Below are positions 1 through 19,749 of a stretch of DNA of 64,000 nt, in pieces. A model generated the notes under the pieces. That model ran no database searches. It saw nothing but the letters and a program-made list of their open reading frames with translations, and was not told where the DNA came from. A program made the position numbers and the translations under genes. The stretch comes from Macrostomum lignano (Eukaryota). Each line of letters begins with the position of its first letter. Within the stretch, counting starts at the first letter, position 1. The DNA is taken from assembly GCA_002269645.1 (NCBI GenBank), contig NIVC01000032.1, positions 496,001-560,000 of the forward strand, in the 5' to 3' direction.

Positions 1-817
1 GATTTCACTCTCCTAATCAGGGTGTCACTCTCCTAATCAGGATTTCACTCTCCTAATCAGGGTGTCACTCTCCTAATCAGGATTTCACTCTCCTAATCAG
101 GATTTCACTCTCCTAATCAGGGTGTCACTCTCCTAATCAGGATTTCACTCTCCTAATCAGGGTGTCACTCTCCTAATCAGGATTTCACTCTCCTAATCAG
201 GGTGTCACTCTCCTAATCAGGATTTCACTCTCCTAATCAGGATTTCACTCTCCTAATCAGGGTGTCACTCTCCTAATCAGGATTTCACTCTCCTAATCAG
301 GGTGTCACTCTCCTAATCAGGATTTCACTCTCCTAATCAGGATTTCACTCTCCTAATCAGGGTGTCACTCTCCTAATCAGGATTTCACTCTCCTAATCAG
401 GGTGTCACTCTCCTAATCAGGATTTCACTCTCCTAATCAGGGTGTCACTCTCCTAATCAGGATTTCACTCTCCTAATCAGGGTGTCACTCTCCTAATCAG
501 GATTTCACTCTCCTAATCAGGGTGTCACTCTCCTAATCAGGGTGTCACTCTCCTAATCAGGGTGTCACTCTCCTAATCAGGATTTCACTCTCCTAATCAG
601 GGTGTCACTCTCCTAATCAGGGTGTCACTCTCCTAATCAGGATTTCACTCTCCTAATCAGGGTGTCACTCTCCTAATCAGGATTTCACTCTCCTAATCAG
701 GGTGTCACTCTCCTAATCAGGATTTCACTCTCCTAATCAGGGTGTCACTCTCCTAATCAGGATTTCACTCTCCTAATCAGGGTGTCACTCTCCTAATTAG
801 GGTGTCACTCTCCTAAT
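1..817. repeat. 20-bp tandem repeat, two variants (GATTTCACTCTCCTAATCAG / GGTGTCACTCTCCTAATCAG), about 41 copies, truncated by the window start
   Basis: Exact 20-nt periodicity visible in the sequence. Confidence 0.98.
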
Positions 818-940
818 AAAGGTATTAATTTTGTCTCAATAGTTCTTTGTTAATTTGTAATAGGAAACAAGACTTAGAGACAGCAGACAATCAAACTACA
901 GTGGACAGAGTAATTGCTTTAAAATTGCTAAACTTGCTGC

Positions 941-1792
941 ATGCTGACCTGGATCAAATCTAGGCTACCAGTTAGATCTGGAGCCAGCAGCACAGTTAGC
1001 AAAACTACTAATAGTAGCAACAGTCATGAAGGAAGCACTGCTGACGATGCACAGGAAAGTGCGTCCGTTGTTAACGCAAATTCTGAATCTCTAACAGCCA
1101 TCTCCGTAAAGCCATCGATTACGTCATCAGCTTCGTCAATAATCAGTTTTCATAAACAGAAGCCTGCAACAAATGCTACGGTTGATACTGAGCAAGGTGT
1201 TAACCAAAAACAAGACAATGCTTCAGACTCTGATGAAGCAGCAGATGACGGAGACACGGCCGAGTCGTCGGCGCTACTGTCCAATTGGTTTAAAAATTCC
1301 AGTGTTCTCTCAGGTGCATCCAGCACTAAAGATCCAATTTTACACTGTCTTGGCCTGTCTAGAAAGCAGCGAGTACTGGTATTTGTCTGCCTATTGTTAC
1401 TAGGCAGTTTGTTTCTCAGTCTTAGTTTCGTCTTTCTTCCCATGCTGCTATTGAAAGCGAGAAAATTTGCCATCCTGTATTCAATGGGCTCTTTCTGTTT
1501 AATATTGTCCTTCTCTGCACTGTGGGGTCCGGTGGCGCACTTCAAGCATCTTGTCTCCGGGCCTAGGATTACATTTTCGGCCGCTTATTTCAGCAGTTTA
1601 ATTGGCACTTTGTATTGCGCTATTGGGCTGCACTCTGCCCTAGCCGCTCTGGTTTGTTGCGCCTGTCAAATTGGCTGTTTAGTCTGGTATTTGGTTTCCT
1701 ACATTCCTGGTGGAGTTAAGGGACTTCAATTTTTTGCTAAAATGTTCTACTCGACTTCCGTTCGAGCAGTGAAGTCTTGCGCTCCGGCTTAG
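941..1792 (+). CDS. SFT2D3: Got1/Sft2-family vesicle transport protein, SFT2D3-like, intronless, 283 aa
   Basis: ATG-to-TAG ORF with a Ser-rich N-terminus and four hydrophobic segments; motif LS.KQR...LLLKARKFAILYSMGS...YLVSYIPGG recognised as Sft2 family. Confidence 0.85.
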   Translation: MLTWIKSRLPVRSGASSTVSKTTNSSNSHEGSTADDAQESASVVNANSESLTAISVKPSITSSASSIISFHKQKPATNATVDTEQGVNQKQDNASDSDEAADDGDTAESSALLSNWFKNSSVLSGASSTKDPILHCLGLSRKQRVLVFVCLLLLGSLFLSLSFVFLPMLLLKARKFAILYSMGSFCLILSFSALWGPVAHFKHLVSGPRITFSAAYFSSLIGTLYCAIGLHSALAALVCCACQIGCLVWYLVSYIPGGVKGLQFFAKMFYSTSVRAVKSCAPA

Positions 1793-1900
1793 GATTCATC
1801 AAAAACTTGGGGTATTGGTCTTCCGAATTTTTGTTGCCGATGTCAAGATCAACATTCGGATATGCAGTGAAGCTATGATATAAAGCTACCGCTTTTGACG

Positions 1901-2642
1901 ATCTAAATGGGAATTCGGACAATCGGAACGGGACGCCATAGACATTCAAGCCAGGCCACAGATCGCACCCTAGTCATGAACTTTAGCAGTTTAGCGATGT
2001 CTAACTGAGGTAGGCTTGGCCATAGACTAACTTTGGACATTCAATATGGGAAAAAGCCATTCAAAACGAGAATCGGACTGAGATTTTATGGCTCTCTGTC
2101 CCTCCTTCCCCTGTGTCCTCGTCTTTGGCCTGAAAGCGACCCCATTCAGTGGCGCCAGCAATTCCTGTAGCAGATCGCCAGCGGCTGATTGATGCGATTG
2201 AGCAAGGGTCATCCATCGCAGGAGCTGCAAGAATCTTGCAAATCAAGAAAACACCCCGCATTCTGAATCGCTGCCAACTTTCGACTCGATGGAATCCCTT
2301 CGCGGTGGTCGAAAAGAAGGATTGTGCAAGGCCGATCAGGAAATCGGAGAATTCTTGAAGTTTAGAAGTTGAGAAACTCGATGAAAACCCTTTGCTGACG
2401 CTCAATGAGTTCTGAGTTACACTCTGAGGATACTTTGTTCACTTTTAAATATTCCAGTGGCCCTGAGATATAAAAAATACATTAAATTAGGCGAATTTCC
2501 GTTTTGAATGGCTTTTTCCCATTTTGATTGACCGATGTCCATTCCACATTCTATGGTTGTGTATTCCCAAGCAGCCCGAGTCTGTGGCCTGGCTTGAGTG
2601 TCTGTGGCGTCTTGTTTTGATTGTCCAAATTCCCATTTAGAT
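1901..2642 (+). mobile_element. Degenerate Tc1/IS630-like DNA transposon remnant with diverged inverted repeats
   Basis: Inverted repeats 1901-1962 vs 2581-2642 and 2041-2068 vs 2500-2528. The interior encodes a frameshifted transposase HTH N-terminus (DRQRLIDAIEQGSSIAGAARILQI...RGGRK...ENPLLTLNE). Confidence 0.75.
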
Positions 2643-3020
2643 TAGGGTATTAGATCAAGATCAATATCATTGATACCATATTCATGCTTCAGTAATGCCT
2701 TGTCTGGCTTGTTTTATGCTGGTATTTTAAGAATTAAAACCCACTGGGTTCTTACTTAACATGTATACATACTTTTTTTCAAGCTAATTAATTGATACTA
2801 TAAGCAAGAGTCCTTAGGCAGTATCGAGCTATCGAAGACTGACTTTACATTGTCTATAGCCCAAATTTGGGACCATTTTGTAGAATATTTTTTGCTCTAG
2901 TAGGTGGGCTTGGTCCGTGTTTTACTTTATTGCATTTTTCAAAGTTTGGTATCCAGCATCCTATAGTTATAGTTCGATATGTTACTGTTGCAATATGCAG
3001 ATGGATTAGTATGATATATA

Positions 3021-3987
3021 CTTCGGGTGTGTCATAAGTAATGTCACTGCAGGCTTCTGTCTAAAATATGTAGGCACATGGACTTGTGGGTAGCGTAGCT
3101 GCAAAGTATACTTAGTGAAGCAATAGCAGTGCATTTCAGACGTGCATAGGTTGTTTATGGCCCAAGCTATCGCAAGAATACGCCAAGCAGATTTAGCAAG
3201 TGCAACGCGATGAAAAATCGTCTATGCAGCGAACAAAAATCATCATGAATCTTGACAAGACGCCTGCATCAAGCAGATCCGCAAGGTGTTCAGCAGGCGG
3301 GGCTTGAATGACATCCTAAACTGCCTGGTTGCTGAGGGTGAAAGCTGGCTCCACCTGGATGGCAAGGGCAGCAAGGCAGATAATCGCTAAGATGGGAGCT
3401 GGGGACTCCAGGCCGATGGTGACCAGGAAGTCCATCTCGGACAAGAAGACCATGCTGCTGGTAGCCTTCACGCCAAACAAACGAGTCTCCATCTGCACAA
3501 CTCCACCGAACACCAAGGTCGATGGCCAGTACTTTATCGACTTTCTCCGGCACACTGGGGACCTCTGTTGCACTCTCCGGTCAAATCCATGTCACCTGGA
3601 CGAGGTTCTGTGGCAGATGGACACCGCACGGCTGCACACATGAAGGCTGTTTCGAATTTTCTGCCTGCACGGCAAGTGAATCTGCTCTGACAGTCCCTAC
3701 AGCCCGGACTTCAACTTGTGCAAGAGATTCCTGTTCAAATGGCTGAAGGCTGACTTTTCCAAGAAGAGTTTCGCAAACCATGAAGAGGTAAAACAGGCCG
3801 CGTTGCACTGGTTACGGCAGTTGGAGGAAAAACACCTGTAGGCTGAGGTGGACAAGCTGTATGAGCACTGCCAGAGGGTGATTGATATTGGGGGACTCTA
3901 TGTTGCTGAGTGGTACAGTTTTGTTCATCTGCGATTGCAAGTTCGTCTGTTTTCACATCAGTGACATTACTTATGACACACCCGAAG
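3021..3987 (+). mobile_element. Internally deleted mariner-like element, 967 bp
   Basis: Perfect 29-bp TIRs CTTCGGGTGTGTCATAAGTAATGTCACTG (3021-3049, 3959-3987) flanked by TA on both sides. Broken transposase fragments WQMDTARLH and PYSPDFNLCKRFLF...RVIDIGGLYV with a stop and frameshifts. Confidence 0.93.
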
Positions 3988-4327
3988 TACTACTGATTTC
4001 TGACGATAGATAATATTGATTAATTGATTGATTTCAAATTTGCTTACCATACTAAATTATGCATTATGCATTATGCATTATCCAGCCAAAACAAAGTTAT
4101 TGTTTTTTGGTTCAATTAACAGATACCAGAAATAGCTGGAAAATTTACTCGCAGTTTAAGTTGCAAAAAAGCAGAGCGTCTACTACTTTTTAGTAGTTTG
4201 TGTCTGCGCTGCGTCGCTTTAATTTAATGTAAAAAAAAATTTTGGGGGGAGGGTTGCGGCTTCAATTGACAAACGAACAACTAGATGTGCTCATATAATT
4301 TTGAACACAAGTTAACGCAAGACAGAT

Positions 4328-4480
4328 GAAACTCAGCCTAGTGGGTAGGCCCAATCTCACTCAGCCAATGAGAGAGCAGTGAGGAAAGAGGGTCAAAGTC
4401 AGACGGACGAAACTGAGCCTAGGGGGGGCAGGCCCAATCTAGCTCAGCCAATGAGAGAGCAGCAAAGAAGAGAGGTCAGT
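4328..4480. repeat. Two diverged direct copies of an ~81-bp unit, each with a CAGCCAATGAGAGAGCAG (CCAAT-box-like) core
   Basis: Copies start at 4328 and 4409. Confidence 0.75.
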
Positions 4481-5667
4481 CAAGCGGGCAAAAGAAAAGC
4501 CAAACTTTTTATCGGTCTGGTAGTGGCTGGGGCGCCACTTTTTGTTTGCCTACCTTTAGTCCGTCATCAATAAATTTATTTCAAATGCGACTAATTTTAA
4601 GTGGAGTTGGTAAAACAGGGCAAGGATGCCAACTTAACGGGGCTGCTTGTAAGAAGCCAGAGGTTATTTTTGCGGCTTCAAACACTTTCAATATCTTGTA
4701 AAATTTATTAGATTTTTATTAGATTAATATCAAAAAGGAAAATATGTCATTTTTGCTACTGAAAATAGTAGATGTGCGCATTTTTGCATGACATGTCTAG
4801 CTATTCTATTAATTAACTGTGGTTCAAACAATAAATACCTTCTAAAAACAATAAGAATTCTTGTGATTGTATTAAAGTTTAAAAATCCAATAATTTTTTA
4901 CATTTTTATGATTTCGTTCAATTTCACTTTTAAACAGAAAAAGATATTGGTAACTGGTCAGTCTGTTACAATCTGACTAACAAGATCCTAAATTTGCATG
5001 TATTGTTGACACTATATTCTCGTTTAATTTAGCCTGATAACGTGTGGAGAGTTCATATTGTATCTGCATGCAGAAGAGTGTTCAATATGTACATATGAGC
5101 TATAACTGTACAGTTAATCTGGTGGCCGCATACAGTATTCTAAAAGCATTTTGCATGGAGCTAAGATATCAAACGACAATAAATATCGAACGTACACGTT
5201 AAAATTGAAATTTATAGTACATTTACTTCTACATGTAAATGATTTTACTGTGTACATGTCTATCAATAGTGGCCTTGGTTCAAGTACAAGTCACAAATTA
5301 TGTACAGTTTCGTGCAAATCATTTTGCTCCAATGCATTATGGGGATTAGTGCAGCCTTTTACAGCTCGTTACAATCCCTCAAAAAGCTCGCTTACATGTA
5401 CAAGGTACAGCATAGTAGCTCTCCTACAATTAATATCTCTATTCAGCACCCTGTTTTATTATTTAAAGGTGCCTGTAAATTAGTCTTGTCCCACAGTTAC
5501 GAGCTATTCCAACGACGTAATCCTTTCCCTTGCGTACCGCTGACCAATTCTTAGGTCAAGCTTGCCTATAAGTAGTTTATACTGTCCTGAGAAAGTTTCT
5601 CCTATAGCTCTCTTAATGATATACATATAGGTCTCAACTCCCTTACAAGTTTAAGCTATCTCCCTCA

Positions 5668-7630
5668 CAGCTCTCTCCCTTGCAGCTCTCCCCTACAGCT
5701 GTTTCCCTCACAGCTCTCTCCCTTGCAGCTCTCCCCTACAGCTGTCTCCCTCACAGCTCTCTCCCTTGCAGCTCTCCCCTACAGCTGTCTCCCTCACAGC
5801 TCTCTCCCTTGCAGCTCTCCCCTACAGCTGTCTCCCTCACAGCTCTCTCCCTTGCAGCTCTCCCCTACAGCTGTCTCCCTCACAGCTCTCTCCCTTGCAG
5901 CTCTCCCCTACAGCTGTCTCCCTCACAGCTCTCTCCCTTGCAGCTCTCCCCTACAGCTGTCTCCCTCACAGCTCTCCCCTACAGCTGTCTCCCTTACAGC
6001 TCTCTCCTACAGCTGTCTCCCTTACAGCTCTCTCCCTTACAGCTCTCTCCCTTGCAGCTCACTCCCTTGCAGCTCTCTCCTACAGCTGTCTCCCTCACAG
6101 CTCACTCCCTTGCAGCTCTCCCCTACAGCTGTCTCCCTCACAGCTCACTCCCTTGCAGCTCTCCCCTACAGCTGTCTCCCTCACAGCTCTCTCCCTTACA
6201 GCTCTCCCCTACAGCTGTCTCCCTCACAGCTCTCCCCTACAGCCGTCTCCCTTACAGCTCTCTCCCTTACAGCTGTCTCCCTTGCAGCTCACTCCCTTGC
6301 AGCTCTCCCCTACAGCTGTCTCCCTTACAGCTCTCTCCTACAGCTGTCTCCCTCACAGCTCTCTCCCTTGCAGCTCTCCCCTACAGCTGTCTCCCTCACA
6401 GCTCTCTCCCTTGCAGCTCTCTCCCTTACAGCTCTCTCCCTTGCAGCTCTCTCCTACAGCTGTCTCCCTCACAGCTCACTCCCTTGCAGCTCTCCCCTAC
6501 AGCTGTCTCCCTCACAGCTCTCTCCCTTACAGCTCTCTCCCTTACAGCTCTCTCCCTTGCAGCTCTCTCCTACAGCTGTCTCCCTCACAGCTCACTCCCT
6601 TGCAGCTCTCCCCTACAGCTGTCTCCCTCACAGCTCTCTCCCTTGCAGCTCTCCCCTACAGCTGTCTCCCTCACAGCTCTCTCCCTTGCAGCTCTCCCCT
6701 ACAGCTGTCTCCCTCACAGCTCTCTCCCTTGCAGCTCTCCCCTACAGCTGTCTCCCTCACAGCTCTCCCCTACAGCTGTCTCCCTTACAGCTCTCTCCTA
6801 CAGCTGTCTCCCTTACAGCTCTCTCCCTTACAGCTCTCTCCCTTACAGCTCTCTCCCTTGCAGCTCTCTCCTACAGCTGTCTCCCTCACAGCTCACTCCC
6901 TTGCAGCTCTCCCCTACAGCTGTCTCCCTCACAGCTCACTCCCTTGCAGCTCTCCCCTACAGCTGTCTCCCTCACAGCTCTCTCCCTTACAGCTCTCCCC
7001 TACAGCTGTCTCCCTCACAGCTCTCCCCTACAGCCGTCTCCCTTACAGCTCTCTCCCTTACAGCTGTCTCCCTTGCAGCTCACTCCCTTGCAGCTCTCCC
7101 CTACAGCTGTCTCCCTTACAGCTCTCTCCTACAGCTGTCTCCCTTACAGCTCTCTCCCTTACAGCTGTCTCCCTTACAGCTCTCTCCCTTACAGCTGTCT
7201 CCCTTGCAGCTCTCCCCTACAGCTGTCTCCCTCACAGCTCTCCCCTACAGATGTCTCCCTCACAGCTCTCCCCTACAGCTGTCTCTCTTACAGCTCTCTC
7301 CCTTACAGCCGTCTCCCTTACAGCTCTCTCCCTTACAGCTGTCTCCCTTGCAGCTCTCCCCTACAGCTGTCTCCCTCACAGCTCACTCCCTTGCAGCTCT
7401 CCCCTACAGCTGTCTCCCTCACAGCTCTCCCCTACAGATGTCTCCCTCACAGCTCTCCCCTACAGCTGTCTCCCTTACAGCTCTCTCCTACAGCTGTCTC
7501 CCTTACAGCTCTCTCCCTTACAGCTGTCTCCTACAGCTGTCTCCCTTACAGCTCTCTCCCTTACAGCTCTCTCCTACAGCTGTCTCCCATACAGCTCTCT
7601 CCTACAGCTGCCTCTCCTTTACAGCTCTCC
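5668..7630. repeat. Pyrimidine-rich minisatellite of 14-15-bp subunits ending in CAG, with a 43-bp higher-order unit
   Basis: Subunits CTCTCCCCTACAG / CTGTCTCCCTCACAG / CTCTCTCCCTTGCAG; the ORF-track starts at 5680, 5723 and 5766 reflect the 43-bp period. Confidence 0.97.
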
Positions 7631-7870
7631 GGGCTACAGGTACCAGTACTTTCGCACCACAGTCGTACAGTCACAGTAGATTATCACACCATCAATTACA
7701 CGCTTCGTATACAAAGCACAACAAAATCACAAATATAATACATTATACTTTAATATCGTTCGATCTGTCTACCTTAAAATTTCAGCTAAAATCGTATTCA
7801 TTTTTCCTCGAAAATAATCTCCATTACTTATCTAAACCTATACTAATTCTAAAGTAAAAACACACAAATA

Positions 7871-14989
<7,119 letters not shown>

Positions 14990-15809
14990 GAAGGTATACT
15001 CGTACTAGGATCGGCAAGGGGTGTTTCCTTTCATAGGGGTTTCCTCGGAGTCTATTTTTAGAAAAGTATCGATTGCCTACAAAGAAGCCGATCAAAGTGG
15101 AGAATCTCCATTGGCTGTCACAGAACTGCACTCGGCCATTGACTATAAAATCAAATAGTCAACTATATGCAGGTGCTCTGCAGAAAGAAAAGTCCCAAAA
15201 AACAACTGCTTTACCTTAGTATACGTTTGCACTACTCACCGTAAGTAGCTACATGTAGGGCGAAAATTAAAATGGGAACTGAATCAAAAAAAAACAAACT
15301 GGATAGATTTCATGATTTTTTCACTAAATACGCTATTTGATGAGCTACTCAAGTTTCTTATGTAGTTTTTGTGTTAATTAGAAGTGCAATACCGTTTGGT
15401 GCAATATTTAAATATCCTTGGAAATCGCAGCCAAAACTGTTTCAATTGAGTTTTTTGAATCTTCCATACTTTTTATGAGGATTTTTTCAAGTTTATGACA
15501 CTGTTTGCTATTTTCATAACGCATTAAATATTCAAGATTTTTATACGATTTTTGAGAAGCTCAATCGCTCAATACAGTTTTTATGCTCGTGGAAATTTTT
15601 CTGCAATAATTTTTTTTATAATACAAAATGCAACCCGCATTAGTTATAATCATTTATATTCCAGATTTTTCATGAAGTTTTAATGAGTATATTTTAAGCT
15701 TTTAACTAGCAGCTCTAGATAACTTAAGCGATATTAACTATTTTAAACAGCATGAGTTCGAAAGATTTGTCTGGATAACTACATAATTAATTTTACTCTC
15801 GAGTATCTT

Positions 15810-16450
15810 CGGACAAAACTTATTCTGGACACAAACTTATTCCGGACACAAACCTATTCCGGACACAAACTTATTCCGGACACAAACCTATTCCGGACAC
15901 AAACTTATTCCGGACACAAACCTATTCCGGACACAAACCTTTTCTGGACAGAAACCTATTCGGTCACATAACCCATTCGGACAGTAACCTATTCGGACAC
16001 ATACCCATTCGGATAGAAACCTATTCCGGACACAAACATATTCCGGAAACAAACCTTTTCCGGACACAAACCTATTCGGACACATGCCTATTCGGACAGA
16101 AACCCATTCTGGACACATATTCGGACACAAACATACTCCAGACACAAAACTATTTCGGACACAATGCTATAATCGGATACAAAGCTTGTCGGACACAAAC
16201 CTGTTTGGACACAAAAATATTCTGACACAAACCTATTCTGGACACAAACCTATTCGGACAGAAAAATATTCTGGACACAAACTTATTCCATACACCTATT
16301 CGAACACAAACATTCCAGACACAAAACTATTTCGGACACAATGCTATGCAGACAAAAAGCTTGTCGGACACAAACCTATTGCGACACAAAGCTTGTCGGA
16401 CACAAACCTATTGCGACACAAAAGTATTGGAACTGAAACCTATTCGGATA
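15810..16450. repeat. Degenerate ~17-19-bp tandem repeat with a TTCCGGACACAAAC core
   Basis: Recurrent GGACACAAAC(C/T)TATT motif. Confidence 0.9.
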
Positions 16451-16548
16451 CAAAATAATCAATCAAAGAGCCGTTCGAAAAAAATAAACCTATGCGGACA
16501 GTTGAAAAAGGACTTGTGTTGACTCCAACAGCGTTGGTATATCTGGCA

Positions 16549-17313
16549 CTACAGAACGCTGCACACGGTCCCTCGAAGGGCCGCTTGCATTCTAGCCGCC
16601 GTGCCCAAGTGCACAGCCTCTCTCAGCTCCATCGCTCGAAACAATTCTCTAAAAGCGTTCCAAACTCGCCAATTAAACTTGGCCGAACATTCGGCGTAGT
16701 GACATTTCCAGCGCTTGCGAACGGCGTAGCCGGGCGATCCGTTGCGACCCTGCAGTTCGCCTCCGTCAGCAAGGATCAAGTCGACCTTGTTGCCAAGCAC
16801 CAATACTGGAGCCGATATGCCGCGTTCCAGCATTTGAAAACGAATTCGCCGGGCCTTGTGGAAGCTCGACTCGTCATTGAGGTCGAACACCAGCAGGTAG
16901 GCGTTCGCCGAGCACAAGCCGAAGCCGCTCAGTTGACTTGAGAATTCGTCGAACGTATCAACTGGAAAGTGGTCAATGGGCGGACAATCTACCAAGCAGG
17001 TGTCGAATGCTCTCTCATTCACTACAATCGTTGGATAATGAACATTTGGACGAACTGTCGAAGTGTACACCTCGGGTGATACGTAGTTGACGAATTGTTC
17101 AACTAGAGTTGTCTTGCCAACTCCGCGAGGTCCGAGCACAACCAGACGAATGCGTTGCACCACCCGAGCTTGAAGTCTGGCCCGATTGTCGATTACCGAA
17201 TACGCGGTGTTTGCGACTGATGATGCAACTCCCGACACGGTGACAGGGGCGTGTTGCTGGGACTGCCCAGCACCCCACAGTCGGTAATTGCCAAATGGTA
17301 GCGTTCTTTGCAT
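16549..17313 (-). CDS. RASL10B: RASL10-like small GTPase, intronless, 254 aa from the first ATG, C-terminal CaaX box
   Basis: G1 GPRGVGKT, RASL10-type G3 DCPP...FPVDT, G4 GNKVD, G5 ECSAKFNW, ending MQAALRGTVCSVL; matches my recollection of RASL10A/B. Confidence 0.88.
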   Translation of the reverse strand: MQRTLPFGNYRLWGAGQSQQHAPVTVSGVASSVANTAYSVIDNRARLQARVVQRIRLVVLGPRGVGKTTLVEQFVNYVSPEVYTSTVRPNVHYPTIVVNERAFDTCLVDCPPIDHFPVDTFDEFSSQLSGFGLCSANAYLLVFDLNDESSFHKARRIRFQMLERGISAPVLVLGNKVDLILADGGELQGRNGSPGYAVRKRWKCHYAECSAKFNWRVWNAFRELFRAMELREAVHLGTAARMQAALRGTVCSVL

Positions 17314-17494
17314 TGTGTTGCATGCAATTTCATGCGTAAAAGATGCAAATCGAGACAGCAATTGAGCATGGCGCTACTAAATACTGCTTTTGCAGAGTCA
17401 ATAAAACTTTATGAGACCTTATTTCCAGCCAATAATTTTGAAGGCAACAAAACTCCAATTTTTGAGGTCTTCAAATTTCTCTAGCTCGCAGGAT

Positions 17495-17760
17495 ACTCTA
17501 GCTTTCCAGCCAGACATTTACCAGCCTTTTTCTAGCCAGACATTTACCAGCTTTATCCAGCCAGACATTTACCAGCCTTTTTCTAGCCAGACATTTACCA
17601 GCCTTTTTCTAGCCAGACATTTACCAGCCTTTTTCTAGCCAGACATTTACCAGCTTTATCCAGCCAGACATTTACCAGCCTTTTTCTAGCCAGACATTTA
17701 CCAGCCTTTTTCTAGCCAGACATTTACCAGCCTTTTTCTAGCCGGACATTTTCCAGCCAG
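17495..17760. repeat. ~26-bp tandem repeat (CCAGACATTTACCAGCCTTTTTCTAG)
   Basis: Direct periodicity. Confidence 0.93.
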
Positions 17761-17971
17761 ATACGAGCGTATTTACCAGCCAGCCCCTTGCCAGACAGCT
17801 AGCCATTTGCCAGCGATATTCCCATAGATTCACAACAATATAGAGATCAATAGTACACATGTACAGCTGTGTGAATCTTAGTACACATTAACATCTACGG
17901 TGACATTTTAATGTACTTTACATTAATGTACACGTATGTAGAGCATGCGATATGTACACGAACACGTACGG

Positions 17972-19690
17972 TGTACAACAAAACAACAACAACAACAAAG
18001 TATGCAGCCCCGCCTGCAAAGTCACAATTAGATCAGGGCGCGTCAGATGGCGCGCCGCAGAGCCTGAGAGCGGACGAAGTTCGCCCCGTTAGCTGAGTCG
18101 GGCGCCCCAGCGTCGCAAATTAAGAAGGCAGTCCAAGTATCGACGGGTTTGGGCCTGACCCCGCCTGAACGGGCCCTGCAAGGTGAGCAGCAGGACGTCC
18201 TGAACAGGTTGGGGGAAATAGCCCTCGTCCCGGATCACATGAAGTCGCCGCCAGCGCAGGATGAGGGACAGGCGCTGCAGCTTGGCCCGATCGTACAGGG
18301 CCTCGGTCCCGACGCTCTCGTCAGCTTGAAAGGCCGCCACGTAGCAGCCTTGAGTCCAGCTACCGCTCCAGCGTAGCTGTCAACGTCTACGTCTCGGCGT
18401 TGTATAGCAGGACGGTTTCGACCACCGCCTGCCACAGCCGAGCCCTCTGGCGGTAGGGTAGCGCTTCGGACTGGAGGACGGCTCGGTTCAAACGGTAGGC
18501 TGCCCAGGCAAATCCTTTGCGCCGTCGGGGCACTAGACCGCCGAAGTGGGCGAACCGCTAGTAGCGTGCGAGCCTGGTCGTCTGCCCGTCTGGGCCGCGG
18601 CACGTCAGGTCTGCTGAGATGTTGGCCGGCACAGTCAGCACCTAGGTCTTCAGCGTGTTGACAACCAGACCGACGGACATCAGCGAGATCCCGCGGTGGT
18701 CTTCTTTCCGCGTTGTCTCTGCCCTCTTTATATATCGGTCCGATGTGCGCAACGGTCTACGCGGTGGGCGCAGGAGCGCCGGCGAGCACGCGGTTCATGA
18801 CGCTTGTCACCTGAGAGGCCATACAGCGAAGAGAGGCCATACAGCGAAGCCGCAGCGCCTCGACCGGCACTTCGTCGGCGCCTAGCGCCTTGCGCCTGGT
18901 AATTCCCGAGCAAACAGCACAACGTCCTCCATGGTGACTGGGCTGGTGCAGAAGCCTCCTCAGCTGGGAGCGGCGTGTCCAGTGAGAGCGTAAAACTGGC
19001 AGGCAGCGGCGACGCGGGCACGTTAACGATGCCGGCGAAGAAGTCGCGCAATTCGTTCCTGCGCTCCTCCGGGGTGTCGCCGGCCAGGTTCAGCACCACA
19101 CGCTTTCTACACCCCGTCAGAGTCCGGACGGCCGTCCACACTGCGCGGCTCTTCACGTCGGGGCCGGCTGCAGTGATGGTCCGAACGGAGTCGTCGACAG
19201 CGGCCTGCTGCCGCTTGTCTAGAAGGCGTTCAAAGCGTCTTCAGCGTCGCCCTTAGGCCGCCGGTTTCTGCGGAGTCGCTCGATGTTGAGCCGCGCCGGC
19301 GGCCTGCCTGATGGTCGGGTCGCTCTGCCAGACAGGCAGCGATTTCTGCGCTCTGCAGCGGCTCTAGCGGAGCTGCTGATGTCGGAATACTCCGCCTCGC
19401 GCTGGTCTCTAAGCGCGCCCACGAAGGCGCCCGCAAATTGACGCTTCACGTGAGTGTCCAACAGAGCGCTATAGTAGCCCCGTGGTTTTGAAGCCGCAAG
19501 TCGCAGAGCAAGAGTCGATGGTCTGACCGGAGAGCCAGCGGAGCCATGGCGGTGCTCGCGAGTGCGAACCAGCGCATGATCGAGTTGCGCCAGTCTCCTC
19601 GTGGCGTTTCGCCCGTTGCGTCCCTGGACGCCTACCTGAAGAGACGTTCAGTGACACCCACCTAAAGAGCCATGTGGCACACCCCACCTG
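17972..19690 (-). mobile_element. Decayed RTE-like non-LTR retrotransposon; 5'-truncated, RT core deleted
   Basis: Minus-strand fragments in order: APE C-terminus SDHRLLLCD (~19500), linker SRAVWTAVRTLTG, PIYKEG/HRGISLMS, GLVVNTLKT, VETVLLYNAET*TLT, LRWRRLH...GPFRRG, then a (TTG)n tail at ~17975-17997; many stops and frameshifts. Confidence 0.8.
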
Positions 19691-19749
19691 AAGAGACTGT
19701 GATCGCCCACGTACCTCTGAAGAGATTGACAGTGATGCCCACCTGAAAA

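Noticed and set aside
1-817. CRISPR-like regular repeats (also the other short-period arrays)
   Set aside because: No unique spacers and no cas genes; eukaryotic intron-containing context.
5680-7857. 637-725 aa ORFs in three frames
   Set aside because: Translations of a stop-free 43-bp satellite.
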